Position numbers and translations under genes: made by a program. From positions 8,122,001 through 8,186,000 of the forward strand of contig OZ024745.1 of the NCBI GenBank assembly GCA_964016885.1: 64,000 bases of DNA, given 5' to 3'. Within the stretch, counting starts at the first letter, position 1; each line of letters starts with the position of its first letter. The notes beneath the pieces are model-generated. The model worked only from the letters and a program-made list of their open reading frames with translations. It was not told where the DNA came from and did not search any database. This DNA comes from Eledone cirrhosa (lineage: Eukaryota). Positions 8,781-23,100 of this stretch are shown here, in pieces.

Positions 8781-11700
8781 ATATACCTTGTTATTCCTGG
8801 TAGACTGTAGAGGAAGTACTATATACCTTATTATTCCTGGTAGAGTGAAGAGGCAGTACTATATACCTTGTTATTCCTGGTAGACTGTAGAGACAGTACT
8901 ATATACATTATTATACCTGGTAGACTGTAGAGGCAGTATTATATACCTTGTTATTCTTGGAAGAGTGTAGAGGCAGTACTATATACCTTATTATTCCTGG
9001 TAGACAGTAGAGACAGTACTATATACCTTATTATACCTGGTAGACTGTAGAGACAGTACTATATACATTATTATTCCTGGTAGACTGTAGAGGCAGTACT
9101 ATATACCTTATTATTCCTGGTGGAGTGTAGAGGCAGTACTATATACCTTATCAGTCCTGGTAGAGTGTAGAGGCAGTACTATATACCTTATTATTCCAGG
9201 TAGACTGTAGAGGGTGTACTATATACCTTGTTATTCCCGGTAGACTGTAGAGGCAGTACTATATACCTTACTATTCCTGGTAGAGTGTAGAGGCAGAACT
9301 ATATACCTTGTTATTCCTGGTAGACTGTAGAGACAGTACTATATACCTTGTTATTCCTGGTAGACTGTAGAGGAAGTACTATATACCTTATTATTCCTGG
9401 TAGAGTGAAGAGGCAGTACTATATACCTTTTTATTCCTGGTAGACTGTAGAGGGTGTACTATATACCTTGTAATTCCTGGTAGAATGTAGAGGCAGTATT
9501 ATATACCTTATTATTCCTGGTATAGTGTAGAGGCAGTACTATATACCTTGTTATTCCTGGTAGACGGTAGAGACAGTACTATATACATTATTATTCCTGG
9601 TAGACTGTAGAGGCAGTACTATATACCTTATTATTCTTGGGAGAGTGTAGAGGCAGTACTATATACCTTATTATTCCTGGTAGACAGTAGAGACAGTACT
9701 ATATACCTTATTATACCTGGTAGACTGTAGAGACAGTACTATATACATTATTATTCCTGGTAGACTGTAGAGGCAGTACTATATACCTTATTATTCCTGG
9801 TGGAGTGTAGAGGCAGTACTATATACCTTATTATTCCTGGTAGAGTGTAGAGGCAGTACTATATACCTTATTATTCCTGGTAGACTGTAGAGACAGTACT
9901 ATATACCTTGTTATTCCTGGTAGACTGTAGAGACAGTACTATATACCTTTTTATTCCTGGTAGAGTGTAGAGGCAGTACTATATACCTTATTATTCCTGG
10001 TAGACTGTAGAGACAGTACTATATACCTTGTTATTCCTGGTAGACTGTAGAGACAGTACTATATACCTTATTATTCCTGGTAGAGTGTAGAGGCAGTACT
10101 ATATACCTTATTATTCCTGGTAGAGTGTAGAGGCAGTACTATATACCTTATTATTCCTGGTAGACTGTAGAGGCAGTACTATATACATTATTATTCCTGG
10201 TAGAGTGTAGAGGCAGTAGTATATACCTTATTATACCTGGTAGAGTGTAGAGACAGTACTATATACCTTGTTATTCCTGGTAGACTGTAGAGGCAGTACT
10301 ATATACCTTATTATTACTGGTATACGGTAGAGGCAGTACTATATACCTTGTTATTCCTGGTAGACTGTAGAGGCAGTACTATATACCTTGTTATTCCTGG
10401 TAGACTGTAGAGGCAGTACTATATACCTTATTATTCCTGGTAGAGTGTAGAGGCAGTACTATATACCTTATTATTCCTGGTAGAGTGTAGAGACAGTACT
10501 ATATACCTTGTTATTCCCGGTAGACTGTAGAGGCAGTACTATATACCTTACTATTCCTGGTAGAGTGTAGAGGCAGAACTATATAGCTTATTATTCCTGG
10601 TAGACTGTAGAGACAGTACTATATACCTTGTTATTCCTGGTAGACTGTAGAGGCAGTACTATATACCTTATTATTCCTGGTAGAGTGTAGAGGCAGTACT
10701 ATATACCTTATTATTCCTGGTAGACTGTAGAGGCAGTACTATATACCTTATTATTCCTGGTAGAGTGTAGAGACAGTACTATATACCTCGTTATTCCTGG
10801 TAGACTGTAGAGACAGTACTATATACCTTGTTATTCCTGGTAGACGGTAGAGGCAGTACTATATACCTTGTTATTCCTGGTAGACTGTAGAGGCAGTACT
10901 ATATACCTTATTATTCCTGGTAGAGTGAAGAGGCAGTACTATATACCTTTTTATTCCTGGTAGACTGTAGAGGCAGTACTATATACCTTGTTATTCCTGG
11001 TAGAGTGTAGAGACAGTACTATATACCTTGTTATTCCTGGTAGACTGTAGAGGCAGTACTATATACCTTATTATTCCTGGTAGAGTGTAGAGGCAGTACT
11101 ATATACTTTATTATTCCTGGTAGACTGTAGAGGCAGTACTATATACCTTATTATTCCTGGTAGAGTGTAGAGACAGTACTATATACCTTGTTATTCCTGG
11201 TAGACTGTAGAGGCAGTACTATATACCTTATTATTCCTGGTAGAGTGAAGAGGCAGTACTATATACCTTTTTATTCCTGGTAGATTGTAGAGGCAGTACT
11301 ATATACCTTGTTATTCCTGGTAGACTGTAGAGGCAGTACTATATACCTTGTTATTCCTGGTAGACTGTAGAGGCAGTACTATATACCTTACTATTCCTGG
11401 TAGAGTGTAGAGGCAGTACTATATACCTTGTTATTCCTGGTAGACTGTAGAGGAAGTACTATATACCTTATTATTCCTGGTAGAGTGAGGAGGCAGTACT
11501 ATATACCTTGTTATTCCTGGTAGACTGTAGAGACAGTACTATATACCTTGTTATTCCTGGTAGACTGTAGAGGAAGTACTATATACCTTATTATTCCAGG
11601 TAGACTGTAGAGGGTGTACTATATACCTTGTTATTCCCGGTAGACTGTAGAGGCAGTACTATATACCTTACTATTCCTGGTAGAGTGTAGAGGCAGAACT

Positions 11701-14700
11701 ATATACCTTGTTATTCCTGGTAGACTGTAGAGACAGTACTATATACCTTGTTATTCCTGGTAGACTGTAGAGGAAGTACTATATACCTTATTATTCCTGG
11801 TAGAGTGAAGAGGCAGTACTATATACCTTTTTATTCCTGGTAGACTGTAGAGGGTGTACTATATACCTTGTAATTCCTGGTAGAATGTAGAGGCAGTATT
11901 ATATACCTTATTATTCCTGGTATAGTGTAGAGGCAGTACTATATACCTTGTTATTCCTGGTAGACGGTAGTGACAGTACTATATACATTATTATTCCTGG
12001 TAGACTGTAGAGGCAGTACTATATACCTTATTATTCTTGGGAGAGTGTAGAGGCAGTACTATATACCTTATTATTCCTGGTAGACAGTAGAGACAGTACT
12101 ATATACCTTATTATACCTGGTAGACTGTAGAGACAGTACTATATACATTATTATTCCTGGTAGAGTGTAGAGGCAGTACTATATACCTTATTATTCCTGG
12201 TGGAGTGTAGAGGCAGTACTATATACCTTATTATTCCTGGTAGAGTGTAGAGGCAGTACTATATACCTTATTATTCCTGGTAGACTGTAGAGACAGTACT
12301 ATATACCTTGTTATTCCTGGTAGACTGTGGAGACAGTACTATATACCTTTTTATTCCTGGTAGAGTGTAGAGGCAGTACTATATACCTTATTATTCCTGG
12401 TAGACTGTAGAGACAGTACTATATACCTTGTTATTCCTGGTAGACTGTAGAGACAGTACTATATACCTTATTATTCCTGGTAGAGTGTAGAGGCAGTACT
12501 ATATACCTTATTATTCCTGGTAGAGTGTAGAGGCAGTACTATATACCTTATTATTCCTGGTAGACTGTAGAGGCAGTACTATATACCTTATTATTCCTGG
12601 TAGAGTGTAGGGGCAGTAGTATATACCTTATTATACCTGGTAGAGTGTAGAGACAGTACTATATACCTTGTTATTCCTGGTAGACTGTAGAGGCAGTACT
12701 ATATACCTTATTATTACTGGTATACGGTAGAGGCAGTACTATATACCTTGTTATTCCTGGTAGACTGTATAGGCAGTACTATATACCTTGTTATTCCTGG
12801 TAGACTGTAGAGACAGTACTATATACCTTATTATTCCTGGTAGAGTGTAGAGGCAGTACTATATACCATATTATTCCTGGTAGAGTGTAGAGGCAGTACT
12901 ATATACCTTATTATTCCTGGTAGAGTGTAGAGGCAGTAGTATATACCTTGTTATTCCTGGTAGACTGTAGAGGAAGTACTATATACCTTATTATTCCTGG
13001 TAGAGTGAAGAGGCAGTACTATATACCTTGTTATTCCTGGTAGACTGTAGAGACAGTACTATATACATTATTATACCTGGTAGACTGTAGAGGCAGTATT
13101 ATATACCTTGTTATTCTTGGAAGAGTGTAGAGGCAGTACTATATACCTTATTATTCCTGGTAGACAGTAGAGACAGTACTATATACCTTATTATACCTGG
13201 TAGACTGTAGAGACAGTACTATATACATTATTATTCCTGGTAGACTGTAGAGGCAGTACTATATACCTTATTATTCCTGGTGGAGTGTAGAGGCAGTACT
13301 ATATACCTTATCAGTCCTGGTAGAGTGTAGAGGCAGTACTATATACCTTATTATTCCAGGTAGACTGTAGAGGGTGTACTATATACCTTGTTATTCCCGG
13401 TAGACTGTAGAGGCAGTACTATATACCTTACTATTCCTGGTAGAGTGTAGAGGCAGAACTATATACCTTGTTATTCCTGGTAGACTGTAGAGACAGTACT
13501 ATATACCTTGTTATTCCTGGTAGACTGTAGAGGAAGTACTATATACCTTATTATTCCTGGTAGAGTGAAGAGGCAGTACTATATACCTTTTTATTCCTGG
13601 TAGACTGTAGAGGGTGTACTATATACCTTGTAATTCCTGGTAGAATGTAGAGGCAGTATTATATACCTTATTATTCCTGGTATAGTGTAGAGGCAGTACT
13701 ATATACCTTGTTATTCCTGGTAGACGGTAGAGACAGTACTATATACATTATTATTCCTGGTAGACTGTAGAGGCAGTACTATATACCTTATTATTCTTGG
13801 GAGAGTGTAGAGGCAGTACTATATACCTTATTATTCCTGGTAGACAGTAGAGACAGTACTATATACCTTATTATACCTGGTAGACTGTAGAGACAGTACT
13901 ATATACATTATTATTCCTGGTAGACTGTAGAGGCAGTACTATATACCTTATTATTCCTGGTGGAGTGTAGAGGCAGTACTATATACCTTATTATTCCTGG
14001 TAGAGTGTAGAGGCAGTACTATATACCTTATTATTCCTGGTAGACTGTAGAGACAGTACTATATACCTTGTTATTCCTGGTAGACTGTAGAGACAGTACT
14101 ATATACCTTTTTATTCCTGGTAGAGTGTAGAGGCAGTACTATATACCTTATTATTCCTGGTAGATTGTAGAGACAGTACTATATACCTTGTTATTCCTGG
14201 TAGACTGTAGAGACAGTACTATATACCTTATTATTCCTGGTAGAGTGTAGAGGCAGTACTATATACCTTATTATTCCTGGTAGAGTGTAGAGGCAGTACT
14301 ATATACCTTATTATTCCTGGTAGACTGTAGAGGCAGTACTATATACATTATTATTCCTGGTAGAGTGTAGAGGCAGTAGTATATACCTTATTATACCTGG
14401 TAGAGTGTAGAGACAGTACTATATACCTTGTTATTCCTGGTAGACTGTAGAGGCAGTACTATATACCTTATTATTACTGGTATACGGTAGAGGCAGTACT
14501 ATATACCTTGTTATTCCTGGTAGACTGTAGAGGCAGTACTATATACCTTGTTATTCCTGGTAGACTGTAGAGGCAGTACTATATACCTTATTATTCCTGG
14601 TAGAGTGTAGAGGCAGTACTATATACCTTATTATTCCTGGTAGAGTGTAGAGACAGTACTATATACCTTGTTATTCCCGGTAGACTGTAGAGGCAGTACT

Positions 14701-17100
14701 ATATACCTTACTATTCCTGGTAGAGTGTAGAGGCAGAACTATATAGCTTATTATTCCTGGTAGACTGTAGAGACAGTACTATATACCTTGTTATTCCTGG
14801 TAGACTGTAGAGGCAGTACTATATACCTTATTATTCCTGGTAGAGTGTAGAGGCAGTACTATATACCTTATTATTCCTGGTAGACTGTAGAGGCAGTACT
14901 ATATACCTTATTATTCCTGGTAGAGTGTAGAGACAGTACTATATACCTCGTTATTCCTGGTAGACTGTAGAGACAGTACTATATACCTTGTTATTCCTGG
15001 TAGACGGTAGAGGCAGTACTATATACCTTGTTATTCCTGGTAGACTGTAGAGGCAGTACTATATACCTTATTATTCCTGGTAGAGTGAAGAGGCAGTACT
15101 ATATACCTTTTTATTCCTGGTAGACTGTAGAGGCAGTACTATATACCTTGTTATTCCTGGTAGAGTGTAGAGACAGTACTATATACCTTGTTATTCCTGG
15201 TAGACTGTAGAGGCAGTACTATATACCTTATTATTCCTGGTAGAGTGTAGAGGCAGTACTATATACTTTATTATTCCTGGTAGACTGTAGAGGCAGTACT
15301 ATATACCTTATTATTCCTGGTAGAGTGTAGAGACAGTACTATATACCTTGTTATTCCTGGTAGACTGTAGAGGCAGTACTATATACCTTATTATTCCTGG
15401 TAGAGTGAAGAGGCAGTACTATATACCTTTTTATTCCTGGTAGATTGTAGAGGCAGTACTATATACCTTGTTATTCCTGGTAGACTGTAGAGGCAGTACT
15501 ATATACCTTGTTATTCCTGGTAGACTGTAGAGGCAGTACTATATACCTTACTATTCCTGGTAGAGTGTAGAGGCAGTACTATATACCTTGTTATTCCTGG
15601 TAGACTGTAGAGGAAGTACTATATACCTTATTATTCCTGGTAGAGTGAGGAGGCAGTACTATATACCTTGTTATTCCTGGTAGACTGTAGAGACAGTACT
15701 ATATACCTTGTTATTCCTGGTAGACTGTAGAGGAAGTACTATATACCTTATTATTCCAGGTAGACTGTAGAGGGTGTACTATATACCTTGTTATTCCCGG
15801 TAGACTGTAGAGGCAGTACTATATACCTTACTATTCCTGGTAGAGTGTAGAGGCAGAACTATATACCTTGTTATTCCTGGTAGACTGTAGAGACAGTACT
15901 ATATACCTTGTTATTCCTGGTAGACTGTAGAGGAAGTACTATATACCTTATTATTCCTGGTAGAGTGAAGAGGCAGTACTATATACCTTTTTATTCCTGG
16001 TAGACTGTAGAGGGTGTACTATATACCTTGTAATTCCTGGTAGAATGTAGAGGCAGTATTATATACCTTATTATTCCTGGTATAGTGTAGAGGCAGTACT
16101 ATATACCTTGTTATTCCTGGTAGACGGTAGTGACAGTACTATATACATTATTATTCCTGGTAGACTGTAGAGGCAGTACTATATACCTTATTATTCTTGG
16201 GAGAGTGTAGAGGCAGTACTATATACCTTATTATTCCTGGTAGACAGTAGAGACAGTACTATATACCTTATTATACCTGGTAGACTGTAGAGACAGTACT
16301 ATATACATTATTATTCCTGGTAGACTGTAGAGGCAGTACTATATACCTTATTATTCCTGGTGGAGTGTAGAGGCAGTACTATATACCTTATTATTCCTGG
16401 TAGAGTGTAGAGGCAGTACTATATACCTTATTATTCCTGGTAGACTGTAGAGACAGTACTATATACCTTGTTATTCCTGGTAGACTGTAGAGACAGTACT
16501 ATATACCTTTTTATTCCTGGTAGAGTGTAGAGGCAGTACTATATACCTTATTATTCCTGGTAGACTGTAGAGACAGTACTATATACCTTGTTATTCCTGG
16601 TAGACTGTAGAGACAGTACTATATACCTTATTATTCCTGGTAGAGTGTAGAGGCAGTACTATATACCTTATTATTCCTGGTAGAGTGTAGAGGCAGTACT
16701 ATATACCTTATTATTCCTGGTAGACTGTAGAGGCAGTACTATATACCTTATTATTCCTGGTAGAGTGTAGGGGCAGTAGTATATACCTTATTATACCTGG
16801 TAGAGTGTAGAGACAGTACTATATACCTTGTTATTCCTGGTAGACTGTAGAGGCAGTACTATATACCTTATTATTACTGGTATACGGTAGAGGCAGTACT
16901 ATATACCTTGTTATTCCTGGTAGACTGTATAGGCAGTACTATATACCTTGTTATTCCTGGTAGACTGTAGAGACAGTACTATATACCTTATTATTCCTGG
17001 TAGAGTGTAGAGGCAGTACTATATACCTTATTATTCCTGGTAGAGTGTAGAGGCAGTACTATATACCTTATTATTCCTGGTAGAGTGTAGAGGCAGTAGT
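8781..17100. repeat. Tandem duplication with a 4160-bp period (104 monomers)
   Basis: Rare variants recur at exactly +4160: TCAGTCCTGG 9151/13311, TTATTCTTGGAAG 8951/13111, TAGAGTGAGG 11481/15641, TGACAG 11971/16131, GGGCAGTAGT 12611/16771. Confidence 0.93.
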
Positions 17101-20100
17101 ATATACCTTATTATACCTGGTAGAGTGTAGAGACAGTACTATATACCTTGTTATTCCTGGTAGACTGTAGAGGCAGTACTATATACCTTATTATTACTGG
17201 TATACGGTAGAGGCAGTACTATATACCTTGTTATTCCTGGTAGACTGTAGAGGCAGTACTATATACCTTGTTATTCCTGGTAGACTGTAGAGGCAGTACT
17301 ATATACCTTATTATTCCTGGTAGAGTGTAGAGGCAGTACTATATACCTTATTATTCCTGGTAGAGTGTAGAGACAGTACTATATACCTTGTTATTCCCGG
17401 TAGACTGTAGAGGCAGTACTATATACCTTACTATTCCTGGTAGAGTGTAGAGGCAGAACTATATAGCTTATTATTCCTGGTAGACTGTAGAGACAGTACT
17501 ATATACCTTGTTATTCCTGGTAGACTGTAGAGGCAGTACTATATACCTTATTATTCCTGGTAGAGTGTAGAGGCAGTACTATATACCTCATTATTCCTGG
17601 TAGACTGTAGAGGCAGTACTATATACCTTATTATTCCTGGTAGAGTGTAGAGACAGTACTATATACCTTGTTATTCCTGGTAGACTGTAGAGACAGTACT
17701 ATATACCTTGTTATTCCTGGTAGACGGTAGAGGCAGTACTATATACCTTGTTATTCCTGGTAGACTGTAGCGGCAGTACTATATACCTTATTATTCCTGG
17801 TAGAGTGAAGAGGCAGTACTATATACCTTTTTATTCCTGGTAGACTGTAGAGAGAGTACTATATACCTTATTATTCCTGGTAGAGTGAAGAGGCAGTACT
17901 ATATACCTTGTAATTCCTGGTAGACTGTAGAGACAGTACTATATACCTTGTTATACCTGGTAGACTGTAGAGGCAGTACTATATACCTTGTTATTCCTGG
18001 TAGACTGTAGAGGCAGTACTATATACCTTATTATTCCTGGTAGAATTTAGAGACAGTACTATATACCTTATTATTCCTGGTAGACTGTAGAGGCAGTACT
18101 ATATACATTATTATTCCTGGTAGAGTGTAGAGGCAGTAGTATATACCTTATAATACCTGGTAGAGTGTAGAGACAGTACTATATACCTTGTTATTCCTGG
18201 TAGACTGTAGAGGCAGTACTATATACCTTATTATTACTGGTATACGGTAGAGGCAGTACTATATTCCTTGTTATTCCTGGTAGACTGTAGAGGCAGTACT
18301 ATATACATTGTTATTCCTGGTAGACTGTAGAGGCAGTACTATATACAATATTATTCCTGGTAGAGTGTAGAGGCAGTACTATATACCTTATTATTCCTGG
18401 TAGAGTGTAGAGACAGTACTATATACCTTGTTATTCCCGGTAGACTGTAGAGGCAGTACTATATACCTTACTATTCCTGGTAGAGTGTAGAGGCAGAACT
18501 ATATACCTTATTATTCCTGGTAGACTGTAGAGACAGTACTATATACCTTGTTATTCCTGGTAGACTGTAAAGGCAGTACTATATACCTTATTATTCCTGG
18601 TAGAGTGTAGAGGCAGTACTATATACCTTATTATTCCTGGTAGACTGTAGAGGCAGTACTATATACCTTATTATTCCTGGTAGAGTGTAGAGGCAGTACT
18701 ATATACCTTGTAATTCCTGGTGGACTGTAGAGACAGTACTATATACCTTGTTATACCTGGTAGACTGTAGAGGCAGTACTATATACCTTGTTATTCCTGG
18801 TAGACTGTAGAGGCAGTACTATATACCTTGTTATTCCTGGTAGAATTTAGAGACAGTACTATATACCTTATTATACCTGGTAGACTGTAGAGGCAGTACT
18901 ATATACCTTGTTATTCCTGGAAGACTGTAGAGGCAGTACTGTACACCTTGTTATTCCTGGTAGAGTGTAGAGGCAGTACTATATACCTTGTTATTCCTGG
19001 TAGGCTGTAGAGGCCGTACTATATACCTTGTTATTCCTGGTAGAATGTAGAGGGAATACTATATACCTTATTATTCCTGGTAGAGTGTAGAGGAAGTACT
19101 ATATACCTTATTATTCCTGGTAGACTGTAGAGGCTGTACTATATACCTTATTATTCCTGGTAGAGTTGGTAGAGTGTAGAGGCAGTACTATATACCTTAT
19201 TATTCCTGGTAGACATTAGAGGTAGTACTATATACCTTATTATTCCTGGTAGAGTGTAGAGGCAGTACTATATACCTTATTATTCCAGGTAGACTGTAGA
19301 GGCAGTACTATATACCTTATTATTCCTGGTAGAGTTGGTAGAGTGTAGAGGCAGTACTATATACCTTATTATTCCAGATAGAGTGTAGAGGCAGTACTAT
19401 ATACCTTGTTATTCCTGGTAGAGTGTAGAGGCAGTACTATATACCTTGTTATTCCTGGTAGAGTGTAGAGGCAGTATTATATACCTTGTTATACCTGGTA
19501 GACTGTAGAGGCAGTACTATATACCTTATTATTCCTGGTATACGGTAGAGACAGTGCTATATACCTTGTTATTCCTGGTAGAGTGTAGAGGCAGTATTAT
19601 ATACCTTGTTATACCTGGTAGACTGTAGAGGCAGTACTATATACCTTATTATTCCTGGTATACGGTAGAGGCAGTGCTATATACCTTGTTATTCCTGGTA
19701 GACTGTAGAGGCAGTACTATATACCTTATTATTCCTGGTAGAGTGTAGAGGCAGTACTATATACCTTATTATTCCTGGTAGAGTGTAGAGACAGTACTAT
19801 ATACCTTATTATTCCTGGTAGAGTGTAGAGACAGTACTATATACCTTGTTATTCCTGGTATAGTGTAGAGGCAGTACTATATACCTTTTTATTCCTGGTA
19901 GAGTTGGTAGAGTGTAGAGGCAGTACTATATACCTTATTATTCCTGGTAGAGTGTAGAGGCAGTACTATATACCTTATTATTCCTGGTAGAGTGTAGAGA
20001 CAGTACTATATACCTTATTATTCCTGGTAGAGTGTAGAGACAGTACTATATACCTTGTTATTCCTGGTATAGTGTAGAGGCAGTACTATATACCTTTTTA

Positions 20101-23100
20101 TTCCTGGTAGAGTGTAGAGGCAGTACTATATACCTTATTATTCCTGGTAGGCTGTAGAGACAGTACTATATACCTTATTATTCCTGGTGGAGTGTAGAGG
20201 CAGTACTATATACCTTATTATTCCTGGTAGAGTGTAGAGGCAGTACTATATACCTTATTATTCCTGGTAGACTGTAGAGACAGTACTATATACCTTGTTA
20301 TTCCTGGTAGACTGTAGAGACAGTACTATATACCTTTTTATTCCTGGTAGAGTGTAGAGGCAGTACTATATACCTTATTATTCCTGGTAGATTGTAGAGA
20401 CAGTACTATATACCTTGTTATTCCTGGTAGACTGTAGAGACAGTACTATATACCTTATTATTCCTGGTAGAGTGTAGAGGCAGTACTATATACCTTATTA
20501 TTCCTGGTAGAGTGTAGAGGCAGTACTATATACCTTATTATTCCTGGTAGACTGTAGAGGCAGTACTATATACATTATTATTCCTGGTAGAGTGTAGAGG
20601 CAGTAGTATATACCTTATTATACCTGGTAGAGTGTAGAGACAGTACTATATACCTTGTTATTCCTGGTAGACTGTAGAGGCAGTACTATATACCTTATTA
20701 TTACTGGTATACGGTAGAGGCAGTACTATATACCTTGTTATTCCTGGTAGACTGTAGAGGCAGTACTATATACCTTGTTATTCCTGGTAGACTGTAGAGG
20801 CAGTACTATATACCTTATTATTCCTGGTAGAGTGTAGAGGCAGTACTATATACCTTATTATTCCTGGTAGAGTGTAGAGACAGTACTATATACCTTGTTA
20901 TTCCCGGTAGACTGTAGAGGCAGTACTATATACCTTACTATTCCTGGTAGAGTGTAGAGGCAGAACTATATAGCTTATTATTCCTGGTAGACTGTAGAGA
21001 CAGTACTATATACCTTGTTATTCCTGGTAGACTGTAGAGGCAGTACTATATACCTTATTATTCCTGGTAGAGTGTAGAGGCAGTACTATATACCTTATTA
21101 TTCCTGGTAGACTGTAGAGGCAGTACTATATACCTTATTATTCCTGGTAGAGTGTAGAGACAGTACTATATACCTCGTTATTCCTGGTAGACTGTAGAGA
21201 CAGTACTATATACCTTGTTATTCCTGGTAGACGGTAGAGGCAGTACTATATACCTTGTTATTCCTGGTAGACTGTAGAGGCAGTACTATATACCTTATTA
21301 TTCCTGGTAGAGTGAAGAGGCAGTACTATATACCTTTTTATTCCTGGTAGACTGTAGAGGCAGTACTATATACCTTGTTATTCCTGGTAGAGTGTAGAGA
21401 CAGTACTATATACCTTGTTATTCCTGGTAGACTGTAGAGGCAGTACTATATACCTTATTATTCCTGGTAGAGTGTAGAGGCAGTACTATATACTTTATTA
21501 TTCCTGGTAGACTGTAGAGGCAGTACTATATACCTTATTATTCCTGGTAGAGTGTAGAGACAGTACTATATACCTTGTTATTCCTGGTAGACTGTAGAGG
21601 CAGTACTATATACCTTATTATTCCTGGTAGAGTGAAGAGGCAGTACTATATACCTTTTTATTCCTGGTAGATTGTAGAGGCAGTACTATATACCTTGTTA
21701 TTCCTGGTAGACTGTAGAGGCAGTACTATATACCTTGTTATTCCTGGTAGACTGTAGAGGCAGTACTATATACCTTACTATTCCTGGTAGAGTGTAGAGG
21801 CAGTACTATATACCTTGTTATTCCTGGTAGACTGTAGAGGAAGTACTATATACCTTATTATTCCTGGTAGAGTGAGGAGGCAGTACTATATACCTTGTTA
21901 TTCCTGGTAGACTGTAGAGACAGTACTATATACCTTGTTATTCCTGGTAGACTGTAGAGGAAGTACTATATACCTTATTATTCCAGGTAGACTGTAGAGG
22001 GTGTACTATATACCTTGTTATTCCCGGTAGACTGTAGAGGCAGTACTATATACCTTACTATTCCTGGTAGAGTGTAGAGGCAGAACTATATACCTTGTTA
22101 TTCCTGGTAGACTGTAGAGACAGTACTATATACCTTGTTATTCCTGGTAGACTGTAGAGGAAGTACTATATACCTTATTATTCCTGGTAGAGTGAAGAGG
22201 CAGTACTATATACCTTTTTATTCCTGGTAGACTGTAGAGGGTGTACTATATACCTTGTAATTCCTGGTAGAATGTAGAGGCAGTATTATATACCTTATTA
22301 TTCCTGGTATAGTGTAGAGGCAGTACTATATACCTTGTTATTCCTGGTAGACGGTAGTGACAGTACTATATACATTATTATTCCTGGTAGACTGTAGAGG
22401 CAGTACTATATACCTTATTATTCTTGGGAGAGTGTAGAGGCAGTACTATATACCTTATTATTCCTGGTAGACAGTAGAGACAGTACTATATACCTTATTA
22501 TACCTGGTAGACTGTAGAGACAGTACTATATACATTATTATTCCTGGTAGACTGTAGAGGCAGTACTATATACCTTATTATTCCTGGTGGAGTGTAGAGG
22601 CAGTACTATATACCTTATTATTCCTGGTAGAGTGTAGAGGCAGTACTATATACCTTATTATTCCTGGTAGACTGTAGAGACAGTACTATATACCTTGTTA
22701 TTCCTGGTAGACTGTAGAGACAGTACTATATACCTTTTTATTCCTGGTAGAGTGTAGAGGCAGTACTATATACCTTATTATTCCTGGTAGACTGTAGAGA
22801 CAGTACTATATACCTTGTTATTCCTGGTAGACTGTAGAGACAGTACTATATACCTTATTATTCCTGGTAGAGTGTAGAGGCAGTACTATATACCTTATTA
22901 TTCCTGGTAGAGTGTAGAGGCAGTACTATATACCTTATTATTCCTGGTAGACTGTAGAGGCAGTACTATATACCTTATTATTCCTGGTAGAGTGTAGGGG
23001 CAGTAGTATATACCTTATTATACCTGGTAGAGTGTAGAGACAGTACTATATACCTTGTTATTCCTGGTAGACTGTAGAGGCAGTACTATATACCTTATTA

